A stretch of 63,892 nt of DNA, filler included, from Octopus bimaculoides (taxonomy: Eukaryota): NCBI RefSeq assembly GCF_001194135.2. It is 10 parts of 10 records of this genome, joined end to end, with 100 filler letters (N's around TTAATTAATTAA, not from the genome) between each part and the next. Parts side by side here need not be neighbours in the genome. Positions count along the whole stretch, not along the records: positions 24,455 to 27,919 come from NC_068992.1; positions 28,020 to 39,840 come from NC_068993.1; 8 more parts are not named here. One strand, given 5' to 3'. Positions 26,886 through 39,940 of this stretch are shown in pieces. The translations under genes were made by a program, and so were the position numbers. Positions within the stretch are counted from its first letter, which is position 1, and each line of letters begins with the position of its first letter. Below the pieces are notes generated by a model that saw only the letters and a list, made by a program, of their open reading frames with translations, did no database searches and had not been told where the DNA came from.

Positions 26886-28141
26886 AACCAGTATACCATC
26901 AGGGTATAAAATATACATCCTCAACTATCTCTTAAGTTAAAATTGAAATTATAAATTATGAAGGAACTACACGTGTTTCAGTATTGGAAGATTATAATAT
27001 ATATACATATACATGCATATACACTTGTAAATATATATATATAGGCAGTCATCATATTTACAATTCTACCAATACATCTTCAGATTCTATTTCAAAATAT
27101 TGTTAATGTAATTTCAAATCAACTTGAAATTAAGTGTTAAATTAAAACTTAAATTAAACATTAAAAATTATACTTTATAAAGTTAAGAATTAAAAATTAT
27201 AAATTATAGTTTATACATTATAAAGTTGAATTAATATACATATATCAAACTTATAATGTCAAGTATATAATATCAAATGCAAGATATAAGATGTAAAATA
27301 TACTTGAGAATAAAAATGTCGGTGATTAAATGTGAAACATAACATAAAAAATGCAAATACATATCCTCCTATGGTGGAACCAAGAGGTCTTTCCAAATGG
27401 TGATTATAGGAAATGAAGATAGCAGAGTACTATGGGAATTCATTGGTGATTAGTATCAAGGAGGTTAATTATACTATACATAGCTTAATTTAAATCATCT
27501 ATTATTATCTTCAATCTGACTATGTTGAGGAGTATATATATAATTTGTTATACTATAATTTCTAGTAATATTTAATTAATTAATTTATTTAATTATTTAT
27601 ATAATCTATTCAAGTACTGTAGAACTCAAAAGTGTATGGTTGTTAGATTCAATGGGTGTTCAGTATTTCATTTTATTAAAAGTAAAATTACTTTTGTAGT
27701 TACATTTAACACCTCGTTCATCGTATGTGTGTAGTAATTTATCTCTAGATAAGTTCCTAACTTTATAAAGTATGATTTCTATTATATATTTTGTATATTT
27801 CCAGATAAATATATAAATATATAATAAGCAAGACCCCACTGTAAGATATGCAGATGCATGTAATGCTAAAGGGTTGTACCTGATTGATTTGGAAATTAGT
27901 TTACATATATATATATATANNNNNNNNNNNNNNNNNNNNNNNNNNNNNNNNNNNNNNNNNNNNTTAATTAATTAANNNNNNNNNNNNNNNNNNNNNNNNN
28001 NNNNNNNNNNNNNNNNNNNCATATAAATATATATATATATGTTTACATGTACATACATACATATGCATGTGTGTGTATGCGTGGTTAGAGACATATAGAG
28101 GAAGTTTAGAGAAAGAGAGAATGAGAGAACAGTGCTCTCAC

Positions 28142-28371
28142 CACAAAATATTTGCTAATGATCTTCACCCTCTTTGGTCCGCACACAGCCGAGGCATTCG
28201 AACAACATCCGGTTACATTACGGCATCGATGGATGACTGTGCATGATGGGAAATAGACACGATTTTTAGCTTCGTTGTCTTGAATATAGACAATTTCTGG
28301 TCGAGGATGTTTACATCTATGCAACGGCGATGATGACATCTCTTGAACATGAGACAACGCTTTGTCCAGTC
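28142..28371 (-). CDS. PDGF/VEGF-family growth factor (PVF), exon carrying most of the cystine-knot domain
   Basis: Translates as (G)LDKALSHVQEMSSSPLHRCKHPRPEIVYIQDNEAKNRVYFPSCTVIHRCRNVTGCCSNASAVCGPKRVKIISKYFV, containing the PxCxxxxRCxxxxGCC...C.P signature (6 of 8 knot cysteines). Acceptor ttttctttcatttcag/GA (phase 1); donor GTG/gtgaga (phase 0). Confidence 0.92.
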
Positions 28372-28929
28372 CTGAAATGAAAGAAAATAGACAACCTTTA
28401 GCCAATAGGAACAAGACTACAAAGATCGTCTCTTGCATCTGACTAACAAACTGAAAAGAATACGTACCGAAAAATAAATGGAAGTTTTAATAACACTTGA
28501 TCAAGATCGTATAAAGATTAAGCTACCTATTAATTCGATATCCAAGCTTATCTATCATCGATTGTGTCTGATATCAAAAATTCCTTTATGCAGTTAATGT
28601 CCTTCAGGAAGGTAAGACATTTACGACAGCCATTTTCCTCTGACTGCAAACAGAGAGAAAATGATGTCCAAATGATGGATACAGCATGTCCCGAAAGAGA
28701 CAGCAAGTGTGTGTGGAGTAAATGTATGTTATTAATATTTAGATTAGATTGAAGCCATGCGGAGGTATCAACTTGAGGAATTTTAGTCGAATGACTCGAC
28801 CCCAGTACTTATTTTTTAAGCGTGGTATTTCATTTGCTGAACCGCTAAGTTGTGGGGACATAAACACACCAACACCGGTTGTGAAGCTGTGGTTGGGGGA
28901 CAAATACAGACACACATATACGCGCGCGC

Positions 28930-29113
28930 AAGCTGGGCTAAATGCTTAGCGGCAATTCGTTTTCTAGTTCTGAATCCGAAATTCCGCTGGGGTCGATATA
29001 ATACCTTTCATCCGTTCGAAGTCGATAAAATAAGTACGAATTGAACTCTGGGGGGAGATATAATCGACTAACCCACAGCCCCGAAGTTGCTGGCCTTGCG
29101 CTAAAATGTGAAA
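28930..29113 (+). mobile_element. SINE family A copy, antisense to the PVF transcript
   Basis: aaatgcttagcggc...gtcgataaaataagtac...ttgctggccttg. Confidence 0.8.
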
Positions 29114-30538
29114 TTAAATATATCGTTTACACAGAGACTTGAATCTGTGCTGACACAAGCACATACATACGCATATACACAAACACGGACACCTCTCTTC
29201 CCCTCTCCCCCTCACACGCATTCAGAAACCGACACGACGATTGCTTCGTCCGATATTGATAATGTTCAATGAACTTCAAAATGATCGGTGTGACAATTCC
29301 TAAATAAAAATAGCTACATGAAACTCTACATTTGTGTCGAGCAATACCTCTGAATGTAGGCCACTCCAACTGACCCAATTTCAACAGAGATAATATAATA
29401 TAATATAATATAATATAATATAATATAATATAATATAATACAATATAATGTAATAATAATAATAATAATAATAATATATATATATATATATATATNNNNN
29501 NNNNNNNNNNNNNNNNNNNNNNNNNNNNNNNNNNNNNNNNNNNNNNNNNNNNNNNNNNNNNNNNNNNNNNNNNNNNNNNNNNNNNNNNNNNNNNNNNNNN
29601 NNNNNNNNNNNNNNNNNNNNNNNNNNNNNNNNNNNNNNNNNNNNNNNNNNNNNNNNNNNNNNNNNNNNNNNNNNNNNNNNNNNNNNNNNNNNNNNNNNNN
29701 NNNNNNNNNNNNNNNNNNNNNNNNNNNNNNNNNNNNNNNNNNNNNNNNNNNNNNNNNNNNNNNNNNNNNNNNNNNNNNNNNNNNNNNNNNNNNNNNNNNN
29801 NNNNNNNNNNNNNNNNNNNNNNNNNNNNNNNNNNNNNNNNNNNNNNNNNNNNNNNNNNNNNNNNNNNNNNNNNNNNNNNNNNNNNNNNNNNNNNNNNNNN
29901 NNNNNNNNNNNNNNNNNNNNNNNNNNNNNNNNNNNNNNNNNNNNNNNNNNNNNNNNNNNNNNNNNNNNNNNNNNNNNNNNNNNNNNNNNNNNNNNNNNNN
30001 NNNNNNNNNNNNNNNNNNNNNNNNNNNNNNNNNNNNNNNNNNNNNNNNNNNNNNNNNNNNNNNNNNNNNNNNNNNNNNNNNNNNNNNNNNNNNNNNNNNN
30101 NNNNNNNNNNNNNNNNNNNNNNNNNNNNNNNNNNNNNNNNNNNNNNNNNNNNNNNNNNNNNNNNNNNNNNNNNNNNNNNNNNNNNNNNNNNNNNNNNNNN
30201 NNNNNNNNNNNNNNNNNNNNNNNNNNNNNNNNNNNNNNNNNNNNNNNNNNNNNNNNNNNNNCAATTGTTATTAACAGAAAACTAATCAACCAAACTGAAA
30301 ACAAATTTGGCTCCAGACTGATGATTCCTCTTCCATTCATTCATCTTACATCCGCCTTCATTTCCTGAATGCATTACTAATTTCTTTTTCTTCTTTTCTG
30401 CACACTCACATATTTACACAGAATGTCGGAATGTAGGCTATAGGAATTATGTAGGGGGCTGCCTGACTACCTGTCTGCACGCCGATAGCATTTTTATCTA
30501 TCTGACCTATCTACCTACCTACCTACCTACCTACCTAC

Positions 30539-30576
<38 letters not shown>

Positions 30577-30711
30577 GTTTTTATCTGTCTGTCTGTCTCT
30601 CTCTATCTATCTGTCTCTGTCTCTCTGTCTCTCTCTATCTATCTAACTGTCTCTCTTTCTATCTATCTGTCTATCTCTATCTCTATTTATCTATTTTTGT
30701 GTCTGTCTCTG

Positions 30712-30748
<37 letters not shown>

Positions 30749-30979
30749 TACTTTAAATTTTTTAATTGTTTCGGCTTCAAAGCAGCAGTCGTGCTGGGAC
30801 GGGAATTACTAAAAACCAGTCACGACTTATCAACTGATCAATGTTGTCATCCTGTGCTAATGAATGTAAAATGTGATCGGGTTGGAAAAAGAAGAAAAAA
30901 AAAAAACGAGGTTTTCTCAATTAATGATGTGGCAACAGATATCAAAACTCAAATTTTCTCTGGGTTGCTATTGTTCTCT

Positions 30980-31738
30980 GAATGGATGAAAGGCAAAAAT
31001 TGACCTCTGTAGAATTTGAACTCAGAACGGGAAGACGAACGAAATGCCGTTATGCATCTTGTCCTGCGTGCTAACGGTTCTGCCAGCTCGCTGTCCCAGT
31101 ATAAACGTAGTAATAACAAAAAATAACTTTAACATATACAATTATTTTTCTCTAATATATACACAAGTACCGGTACTCCAAAAGGATGAACGACAAATTC
31201 GACTTTGAACGCAGAACGTAAAACCGGAAGAAATGTTGCTAAGCATTTTATCCGGCGTGCTAACGATTCTGCCTGTTAGCCGCCTTAAAAATCTATAACA
31301 TGTTTTGGTTTAAAATTTTGGCACAAGACCAACAAGGGAGTGGTAGGGGCTAAGTCGATTACGGAGACCCCCCAGTGCTCAACTGGTACTTATTTTATCG
31401 GCCCCCGAAAAGGATGAAAGGCAAAGTCGACTTCGGCGGAAGTGGAACTCGGAATGTTAAGGACGGATGAAATGTCGCTAAGTATTTTGTTCGGAGAACT
31501 AACGATCCCGCATGCTCACTATTCTTAATGCTAAAGCAATAATGGCTTCAAATTTTGGCACAAGGTAAGTCGGTTCCACCGAGCCCAGTGTTCAGCCGGA
31601 AGTCATTTCATTGACCCCCAAAAAGGATGAGAAGCACAGTCGACTTAGGCGGAATTTGAACTCAGAACGTAAGGACAGACGAAATGCCGCTAAGTGCTTT
31701 GTCCAGCGCGCTAACTGTTCTGCTATTTCACCTCCTTA
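30980..31738 (-). mobile_element. Cluster of four head-to-tail SINE family A copies
   Basis: Copies at about 30980-31094, 31178-31286, 31310-31527 and 31546-31738 share ggatgaaaggcaaagtcgac...gaactcagaacgtaa...gacgaaatgccgctaag...gctaacg. Confidence 0.85.
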
Positions 31739-31857
31739 AAAGATCGTTAACATGTATGTAAGATTAAAAAAGTAAAAAAGAAAGAAACAAGCAAGCAACA
31801 GCATTACTAGAAAGTAAAATCAGTGGAAAGTCCAAGTGACAAGGGTTCAATCCTCAC

Positions 31858-32068
31858 CTGATATAACATCATCGTAGCCACTCATCATGCGTGGAAACCG
31901 TCCTCTGTCTGAGTATGTGCGTTCTAGCTCGTAGCCGAGTAAGCGATCAATCTGTTCCCTGGTGGCGTCCTTGCCTGCAAATAGTCGTATCAACTCTCGG
32001 GCTGTGTGTGTGGTCTTGATAGCTTTCTTGAACTCAGAAACCAGTATGGAATTGAGACGCGCTGATTC
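31858..32068 (-). CDS. PVF upstream exon (putative propeptide)
   Basis: Translates as ESARLNSILVSEFKKAIKTTHTARELIRLFAGKDATREQIDRLLGYELERTYSDRGRFPRMMSGYDDVIS(G). Acceptor poly-T...ttaatgcag/GAA (phase 0); donor TCAG/gtgagg (phase 1), which joins in frame to the phase-1 acceptor at 28371 to make Gly. Loosely resembles the PDGF propeptide helix and carries an RFPR (RxxR) convertase-like site. Confidence 0.8.
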
Positions 32069-33696
32069 CTGCATTAAACGGCAACAAAAAAAAAAAAAGA
32101 AANNNNNNNNNNNNNNNNNNNNNNNNNNNNNNNNNNNNNNNNNNNNNNNNNNNNNNNNNNNNNNNNNNNNNNNNNNNNNNNNNNNNNNNNNNNNNNNNNN
32201 NNNNNNNNNNNNNNNNNNNNNNNNNNNNNNNNNNNNNNNNNNNNNNNNNNNNNNNNNNNNNNNNNNNNNNNNNNNNNNNNNNNNNNNNATTCTAAGCGTT
32301 AGAAAAAGAAATTATATATGTTATTATCTCTTTATTTCGTATACTTTCTTTTAAAATCACAATTCTATGGTGTTTAGTCAAGATGTCATCACGAGGCAAT
32401 TTCTCTATATAATCATTTTTTTTTTCATGTTTATATATTTAATTATCGTCACTAAAATTCATTTACTCTCGTAAACTAAATTATACTCCATCGCTTTCAT
32501 CGTAGTCGTCATGATGATGATTACGATTATCACTATCATCATCGTCGTCATCGTCATCATCATCGTCGTCATCGTCATCATCATCATTGTCGTCGTCATC
32601 ATCATTATTATCATCAAACTTTGTCTATCTGAGCACAATAGGAAACTAGAGTTCTACTCTGTGTCATAACAAGTCCTTTCGTTTTTTTTTCGTTTTTTTT
32701 CCCAGTTTTATTCTGTATCAAATAAAACAAAAGGACAAACGATTTGATAAAAAAAAGTTAATAAATAATAAATAAAACCAGCTCGGATTTCGTTTCGCAA
32801 AGGATTGAATTTTGGTCAGTTGAAAAAAAGTGTAACTTTTTAAACCGTTTGGCCCTGAAAGAAGTTGTCTACGGTAAGATTTTATAGTAAAACATTAACA
32901 TTAATTACCTCCAAGATATCAAGTACAGTACTCCGTCGCCATATTTTCTTCCTTACACATTGATAATGAAGACAGCTGAGTGTAGTTTCTAGTTGTCGTT
33001 CATCTCAATGGGCAAATATTTCACTGCAATGCAGGGCTGAGTTCAGTCTTTATCACGAGAAATGTGGCCTGATTAACATTCTTTTCAAAGAATCACATAT
33101 TTTTTTTTTATCGCGAAACGTAACAAGAACCAAAAGTAAGAACCGATTTTTATAGCCCTTTTAGTTTCGGAACACAAGCTCAGGAACAGGGGTTGCAAGC
33201 GCTACCCCTAAAATGTTTTTTGGTGGAGTGGAGCAATGAAAATGCTTTGAACATCTTGGGTTGGACCTAGGCTTGCACCCACTCAGCAAACTTCGTTCCC
33301 GCACTTAGGAACACAAATATAAACTAATCAGAAATTGTACATTCATATTTTCCACGAATGATAAAATCGAAAGCAAATCCGACTCGCGAACTCGGTTTTA
33401 CAGAAATTTAACTCATCTCGTTAAACATTGGAACAAGGTAACATATTTGGGGAGTGGGGCACAGTTGATTAATATATCCCTCAGTATGTCACTGTTCCTT
33501 ATTATATTAGTCCTTGAACAAAAAAGGTAAAGTCTTTCCCAATGGAATAAACATCGAAATAATAAGCCAGTTTTTGCCTAAATAAACTAGAATACTGAAC
33601 AAAGGTCTTGCGTAAAGGCCATATATTTACAAGGTATAAAGGCGGTGAGATGGAAGAATTGTTTGCATGCCGGACAAAATGCTGCTAATCACCGAT

Positions 33697-33818
33697 ATCG
33701 ACTTTGCTTTTCATTCTTTCGGGATCGATAAAATAAGCACCAGTTGAGCACTGGGGTCGATGTAACCGACTTCCCCCCACACCCCGAAATTGCAGGCCTT
33801 GTACCATAATTTGAAACC
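33697..33818 (+). mobile_element. SINE family A, central and 3' part
   Basis: actttgctttt..ttcgggatcgataaaataagcaccagttgagcactggggtcgatgtaaccgactt. Confidence 0.8.
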
Positions 33819-34884
33819 AATAATTTTACAAGATTTTGCAGGCACGTGTAGAAAATGAATTTATAGTTCCTTAATGTGCCGTAGTGCACCTTTTGAATGT
33901 GCCAGTGTGCCGCAGGACAACCCTCAACTCTAAGCAATAACTATTGACGAAAGAAAAGAAATCGCTATGATCAATCTACTTGTCTACCCTTTTTTTTTTT
34001 ACTTTTCTTTCATTCCTAAAACCCTAACATATTTTACATAGAAAAAAAAAAAAAAAACCCCAATAACAACAAAAGCTCANNNNNNNNNNAGATAGTTAAG
34101 ACAGGAAATTGATATTTTATGAATTACATGTTTTTTTCTTCTTCTTTTTTTTTTCTCGGGGGTACTAGTAAGGTGAAGGAAATTGAAATAGAGCTGAAAA
34201 TCAAAACAATCTCGACTTTGATTCCCAACTCGCCTCTGCCATTTATCACCACTCAAACTAAAGTGAAACAGGAAGAGGTTAAACAGGAAAACTAGTTCTT
34301 TACTTTTCCACAACCACTTTTGTTTATTCTGCAATGTATTCTGTTATTTTTCTGGCGGAATGGATGCTTGTCATTGAAGATAAGGAAATCTTAATAAATG
34401 GAGCTCAGGAAAATTAAAATAAAATCTGTTCCAGGAATAGTTGTTATTGTTAAAAGTAGACAAATGATAGTTTTGTCAGATGTGGACAGCGTCGTGTTGA
34501 AACGCGCTCGAGGTTGGCGATGAAGTTTTACTGACAGCTGGGGATTATAGGGGTCAGTTCTATTAAACATTATTACCCACAAAGGAGATCTACTTTTCAA
34601 GCCAGAAGTGCAATATAAAGGGGAACAGAATAAAATTAGATGACTGAAACAACAAAATATCCTGATTAATCAGAAATAAATATGGAGGCGAAATGAAAAT
34701 GTAATGAGAAAAAGAAAAAAACGAAGACTAACAAATAGGAAAAGCGGCAGATTACAAGGAAATAATATTGTAATTTCTTTCTAGGATTTTACACTGATTG
34801 ATGAGCAATTGAAGTCTACTTATGACTAAACATTCGTTGTTTATAGAAAGGTTGGTTGAATATTTGATATCAATGTTAAAATAT

Positions 34885-35100
34885 TGGTTTCAAATTTTGA
34901 CAAAAGATCAGCAATTTCGGGGGTTGAGGGCTAGTCAATTACATCAACTTCAGTGTTCAACTGGTACTTATTTTATTGACCCCGAAAGGATGAAAGGCAA
35001 AGTCGATCTCAGCTGAATTTGAACTCAGAACTTAATGACGGTCGAAATGCCGCTAAGCATTTTACCCGGAATGTTAACGATTCTCCCAGCTCGCTGCCTT
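34885..35100 (-). mobile_element. SINE family A copy
   Basis: aactggtacttattttattgaccccgaaaggatgaaaggcaaagtcga...aatgccgctaagcatttt. Confidence 0.85.
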
Positions 35101-37366
35101 ACATCAATGTTGAATATTAAAGTATTGTTTTTAACATATTCTTTTTTGTCTCCGTTCAAAGTTTATTTTAAGGAAGTGGATGTGGATTCATGCACTTTTA
35201 AAGGTTACTTTGTGACAAAAGCCAAGGTTTGAAATCAAATCGCAATCTTCACTCACCAAACACCATCCATACCTCTTGAACTACAACGAGTGACATTTTT
35301 CATCCAAGAGATATCGATTCATTTCTACATGTGTTTGTCAGAGGAGGAACAACAATGCCAAAGACCTTTTTGAGGGACTCCTACTAAACGGAAGGACACA
35401 ACCCTCCTTACAATCCCAAATAGAAAATAGAATGAGATGGTCATGATTGGAACGCTTAAAACCCAAACTGAAGCTAAATAAGAAGTTTTTTTCATAAAAC
35501 AAATACTGGCGTCGAACGGCTCCAATTTTTATAGGAATAAAAGTATCGTTTTTAAATCCAGTTCTCATTTTGTAGATCCAAGAACGAGGAACGATATTTT
35601 CGGTTCTGGTAAAATTTGAAATCCAGCCTTAGGGGGACGAAACTAACTTCTAAATGTATATTATCAATATTGATGCGCAGCAATGTTTGATATATCCTAT
35701 TACTTGACAGTGCGATTGTGAAGATCAGCACTTGGCTGCTGTGGCTCTTGTCAAAGGATGGTAGAGTCTCATTCCCCATAAAAGTGGAGCTTAACAACAA
35801 ATGCGTCTTTCTAACAATCCTATTTTTATGTTGCACAAATATGGAATTTGACGAAAGACCCCAAGAAATCAAGCTTAGAAGAGCTGACGAACGCATTATG
35901 CTTGGCACAAAGTAAGAAGAAAATAAAACAATGAATTCAAGTTCGTAAAATCACAGAAATGGAGTTGGGGCGGACGTTCTAGAAGAAGACAGTTAGAATG
36001 TTGATAATGAGAGGTTGCAAAAGAAACAGTGGGCGAAAATGAACAAAATGGAGGAGGGACCTGGATATATTTAACAATAATTTGAGATCGATTAACCAAA
36101 TTCGAAGGTTATGAGAATAAAGGTGAAGGCCTTTACCTAACAGTGGGAAAGTAATAACCGATTCGATTGATTGATTACTCTAGCAAAACTCATTGAACCA
36201 TCGGTAAAAATATAACCTATTTTAAAATAAATTTGATGTTTCGATCTTTTTTATGTTTTTCTCATTTGGCCAATTAAGAGATAGTCTCAACGGTTGAACG
36301 TGAAAGTTATGTACTTTCTACGGCGATTCATATCAACTACACACTAAGAATATACAAGCGGAACTAAGTACAATTACATGTCTTCGCTGGAATTTATACA
36401 ATACAAACATTGAAAAAATATATTCAATCCCATTAGAATTAGTTTGAAGGAAAGATTCCATGTTTTGTTTTTTTTTTTAATTTTTGTCCCCGGGGTATCA
36501 ATTAGGTAGATGCTTGACAGATAAGTTATTATAAACAACTTTCTGTGTTTCTTTCGTATTTTGCTTCTCCGGTTGATACGTGCCCAACCAGGCACACATT
36601 GTACAAATAGTTTTAACCAATCGTTTTCTGTATATATAATGCGCCTCTTAAGTATAAGGCAGCAAAAAACGTTTTAAGACTGAAAACTGAAATTCTGCGA
36701 TTTTCTGATGGCCATCGTTATGCTCTTATATTGTAACATTTTGTGTCAGCATTAACAAAGAAGAAAGAGAAAAAAAAGAAAAAGGAAACAAGTCTGACTG
36801 AACTGCAGTTCTCCTTGTCTACAGAACTCTATGTAGTAAGACACAGTGTATTGACAAAGCTTTTTCACAAGGCTCTCTATCTAATAATACTGCTTCACGA
36901 GCCCTTAACTAGGGACACATCTGAGGACTTACAACACAGCTTCGTAGGAGCCTGTCTTGTGACACCGCTTCGTAAGACTCTAAGCAGCATCACTGCTTCG
37001 AAAAACTCAATCTATTAACACTGGTTCACAACACTCTATCTAATAAAACTGATTCTCAGAACGCTATTTAGTGGCACTACTTCACAAGACATTACCAAGT
37101 GACTTCTGCCCACATTCCCAACTTTGGGAGAATTCGCAGGCTAGACAACATGTGCTACAGACATTAACTTCTTGGGATCTTATCATTATTATTATTAGAC
37201 ATATTTCATTGAAGCGAAGTAGATAGAGTAAATAAACTTTGTCAGACTGGTCAAGCTGGGCCGTCATTAAGTCATTAAATCAACGAAGACGTATCTCTAA
37301 CATGTTCCCCCATCACCTACCGCACACGCTCACGTACATATATGCACACGCATGTATATACGTACA

Positions 37367-37412
<46 letters not shown>

Positions 37413-37419
37413 NNNNNNN

Positions 37420-37422
37420 NNN

Positions 37423-37462
<40 letters not shown>

Positions 37463-37652
37463 TCCCCAACCAGTGTTGGTTGGTTTCGGTTCCTGTAACT
37501 TAGCAGTTCGGCAAAAAATGAAAAAGAAACCGATAGAATAAGTACCATGCTTTAAAAAATAGTCCTGGGGTTGATTTGTTCGACTAAAAGACACTTCAAG
37601 GCGGTGCCCCAGCATGGCCGCAGTCAAATGACTGAAACAAGTAAAAGATAAA
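37420..37652 (+). mobile_element. SINE family B, 3' part following an internal (TG)n tract
   Basis: gtaacttagcagttcggcaaaa...accgatagaataagtac...cagcatggccgcagtcaaatgactgaaacaagtaaaag, shared with 39770-39806, 43404-43448 and 59560-59779. Confidence 0.85.
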
Positions 37653-37874
37653 GAAACAAAATGAAATCGTGGGTGAAGATGGGTGAATGGAAGCAGATTG
37701 ACATGCCTGAGTAATAGCTTATCTTTAGTGATTAAGATATAATTAATTATGGGACGCTGGTGTCATATTAATTCATTAAAATCTAATCACATTTATTACA
37801 TTTTCGTGTGAGCCCAGTGGTACAGAGTGCTTAGCTAGCGTCCCAAGTCTGTTTTAGATAGATTATGTGAGTAA

Positions 37875-37932
<58 letters not shown>

Positions 37933-38743
37933 GAGAGAGAGAGAGGGAGAGAGAGGGAGAGAGAGTATCATTAAATGGGAATGAGTGAATGAGAGAAAGA
38001 GAGAGAGAGAGAGTCAAAGAGAGAGGGAGAGGGTGAGAGTGGATAAGCTACAACGCTAGAATAGAGAACATTTTTCTATTCCTCCACCTCCCCTCGAAAC
38101 GTTAGTCTCTATTTCATCTGACGTCATACCAACAGACACACCTCTTCTGTTTATATTTTCGCATCCGATTCACTTCGACTCACATCATCATCATCATCAT
38201 CAGCTAATGGTTTGCTATTTCTGGGGATTATCCTTGAACAGAAATTTCATTTCAGCCCCCTCTCCTTCAGCCCCCCCGAGAACTTACTTTCATCATATTT
38301 CATTCATTTGTTGATTCATATTTTAATAAATGTCTTCTTTATATTGTCTCAGCATCTCTTTGTCTCCCTGTTTCTGATTCTGTTCTGTTGTTATCGTATC
38401 TGTCTGTCTGTCTCTGTGTCTATCTGTCTGTCTGTCTATCTATCTANNNNNNNNNNNNNNNNNNNNNNNNNNNNNNNNNNNNNNNNNNNNNNNNNNNNNN
38501 NNNNNNNNNNNNNNNNNNNNNNNNNNNNNNNNNNNNNNNNNNNNNNNNNNNNNNNNNNNNNNNNNNNNNNNNNNNNNNNNNNNNNNNNNNNNNNNNNNNN
38601 NNNNNNNNNNNNNNNNNNNNNNNNNNNNNNNNNNNNNNNNNNNNNNNNNNNNNNNNNNNNNNNNNNNNNNNNNNNNNNNNNNNNNNNNNNNNNNNNNNNN
38701 NNNNNNNNNNNNNNNNNNNNNNNNNNNNNNNNNNNNNNNNNNN

Positions 38744-38804
<61 letters not shown>

Positions 38805-39166
38805 TACACATACATTCCCACACACACTGACAAACACGCACACACAGAGATTTATATATATACATATATATATATTAGCTATTATACTATAAAGGCTCCC
38901 AAATACAATTTCCGTTAGAGATTGTAAACGTATTCAGACTAAACTGGACAACAGCAATAAAAATAATAAAAAAACTAAGAAATCACCGGTTTTGAAAGCT
39001 AGACCAAACATACTATCATCATCCATACCGTGCTTTATCATCAATGGAATCCAGCCAGAGGAATATCATATTCTTGATTCTACTTTAGTTATTTTCTTTT
39101 TCGAGTAAGATGTACTTTTATGTCCGTCTAGCGATTTGTGAGGCTTGAAGTTGCGGAGGCGCGTTC

Positions 39167-39272
39167 ATGGCAGACATGTTTGTTATCAGTAGTCGCCGAA
39201 GCTGTAACCCAAACAACACTAATTGGCATTTCGTGTTGGGTAGGCAGATTAAGAACGTCAAAGATATCCTAC
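39167..39272 (+). CDS. Candidate first coding exon of an unidentified gene
   Basis: ATG in gttcATGG context inside a locally CpG-rich patch. Reads MADMFVISSRRSCNPNNTNWHFVLGRQIKNVKDIL, then a consensus donor C/gtgagt (phase 1). No family recognised. Confidence 0.3.
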
Positions 39273-39323
39273 GTGAGTCTGGAGTTTGCGCAGTTACGCT
39301 GGGAGGGAGGGGAGAGAGACAGA

Positions 39324-39357
<34 letters not shown>

Positions 39358-39564
39358 TTGAAATACAGAGAGCGGAGAACGGGCAAAGGAAGAGTATGTT
39401 TGGAAAAGAAAGAGAGGGAAAGAGGAGAAGGGAGAGGAAGAAATAAAGAGACGAGGTAGAGAGAGAAAGAGAGAGAGAGACGGAAAGAAAGGGTGAGAAG
39501 GAGAATGGGATAGGGGAAGAGAGAGAGAGGATGAGAATGAGTAAGAATAACAATTTCATTATAT

Positions 39565-39806
39565 AGAGGAGTGGCTGTGTGGTTGCTTCCCAACCACATG
39601 GTTCCGGGTTCAGTCTCACTGTGTGGTATCTTGGGCAAATGTCTTCTGCTATAGCCTCGGGCCGACCAAAGCCTTGTGAGTGGATTTGGTAGACGGAAAC
39701 TGAAAGAAGCCCGTCGTATATATATATATATATATATATGTTTGTGTATCTGTGTTTGCCCCCCCCCCCATGGTCGCAGTCAAATGACTGAAACAAATAA
39801 AAGAGT
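39565..39806 (+). mobile_element. SINE family B, internally deleted copy
   Basis: gagtggctgtgtgg...ggttccgggttcagtc...cttgggcaaatgtctt...gaagcccgtcg(TA)n, then the tail gcagtcaaatgactgaaacaa. Confidence 0.85.
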
Positions 39807-39940
39807 ATCTATCTATATATATATATATATATATATATATNNNNNNNNNNNNNNNNNNNNNNNNNNNNNNNNNNNNNNNNNNNNTTAATTAATTAANNNN
39901 NNNNNNNNNNNNNNNNNNNNNNNNNNNNNNNNNNNNNNNN

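Noticed and set aside
28372-28438. Apparent signal peptide MQETIFVVLFLLAKGCLFSFIS at the start of the PVF ORF
   Set aside because: It is better explained as the intron polypyrimidine tract, because the acceptor at 28372 is phase-matched to the upstream exon.
35552-35915. Overlapping 118-aa minus and 65-aa plus ORFs, with a gtaaga donor at 35911
   Set aside because: No recognisable homology and no convincing acceptor; the minus ORF has only a weak GTGCTG donor as a PVF signal-exon candidate.
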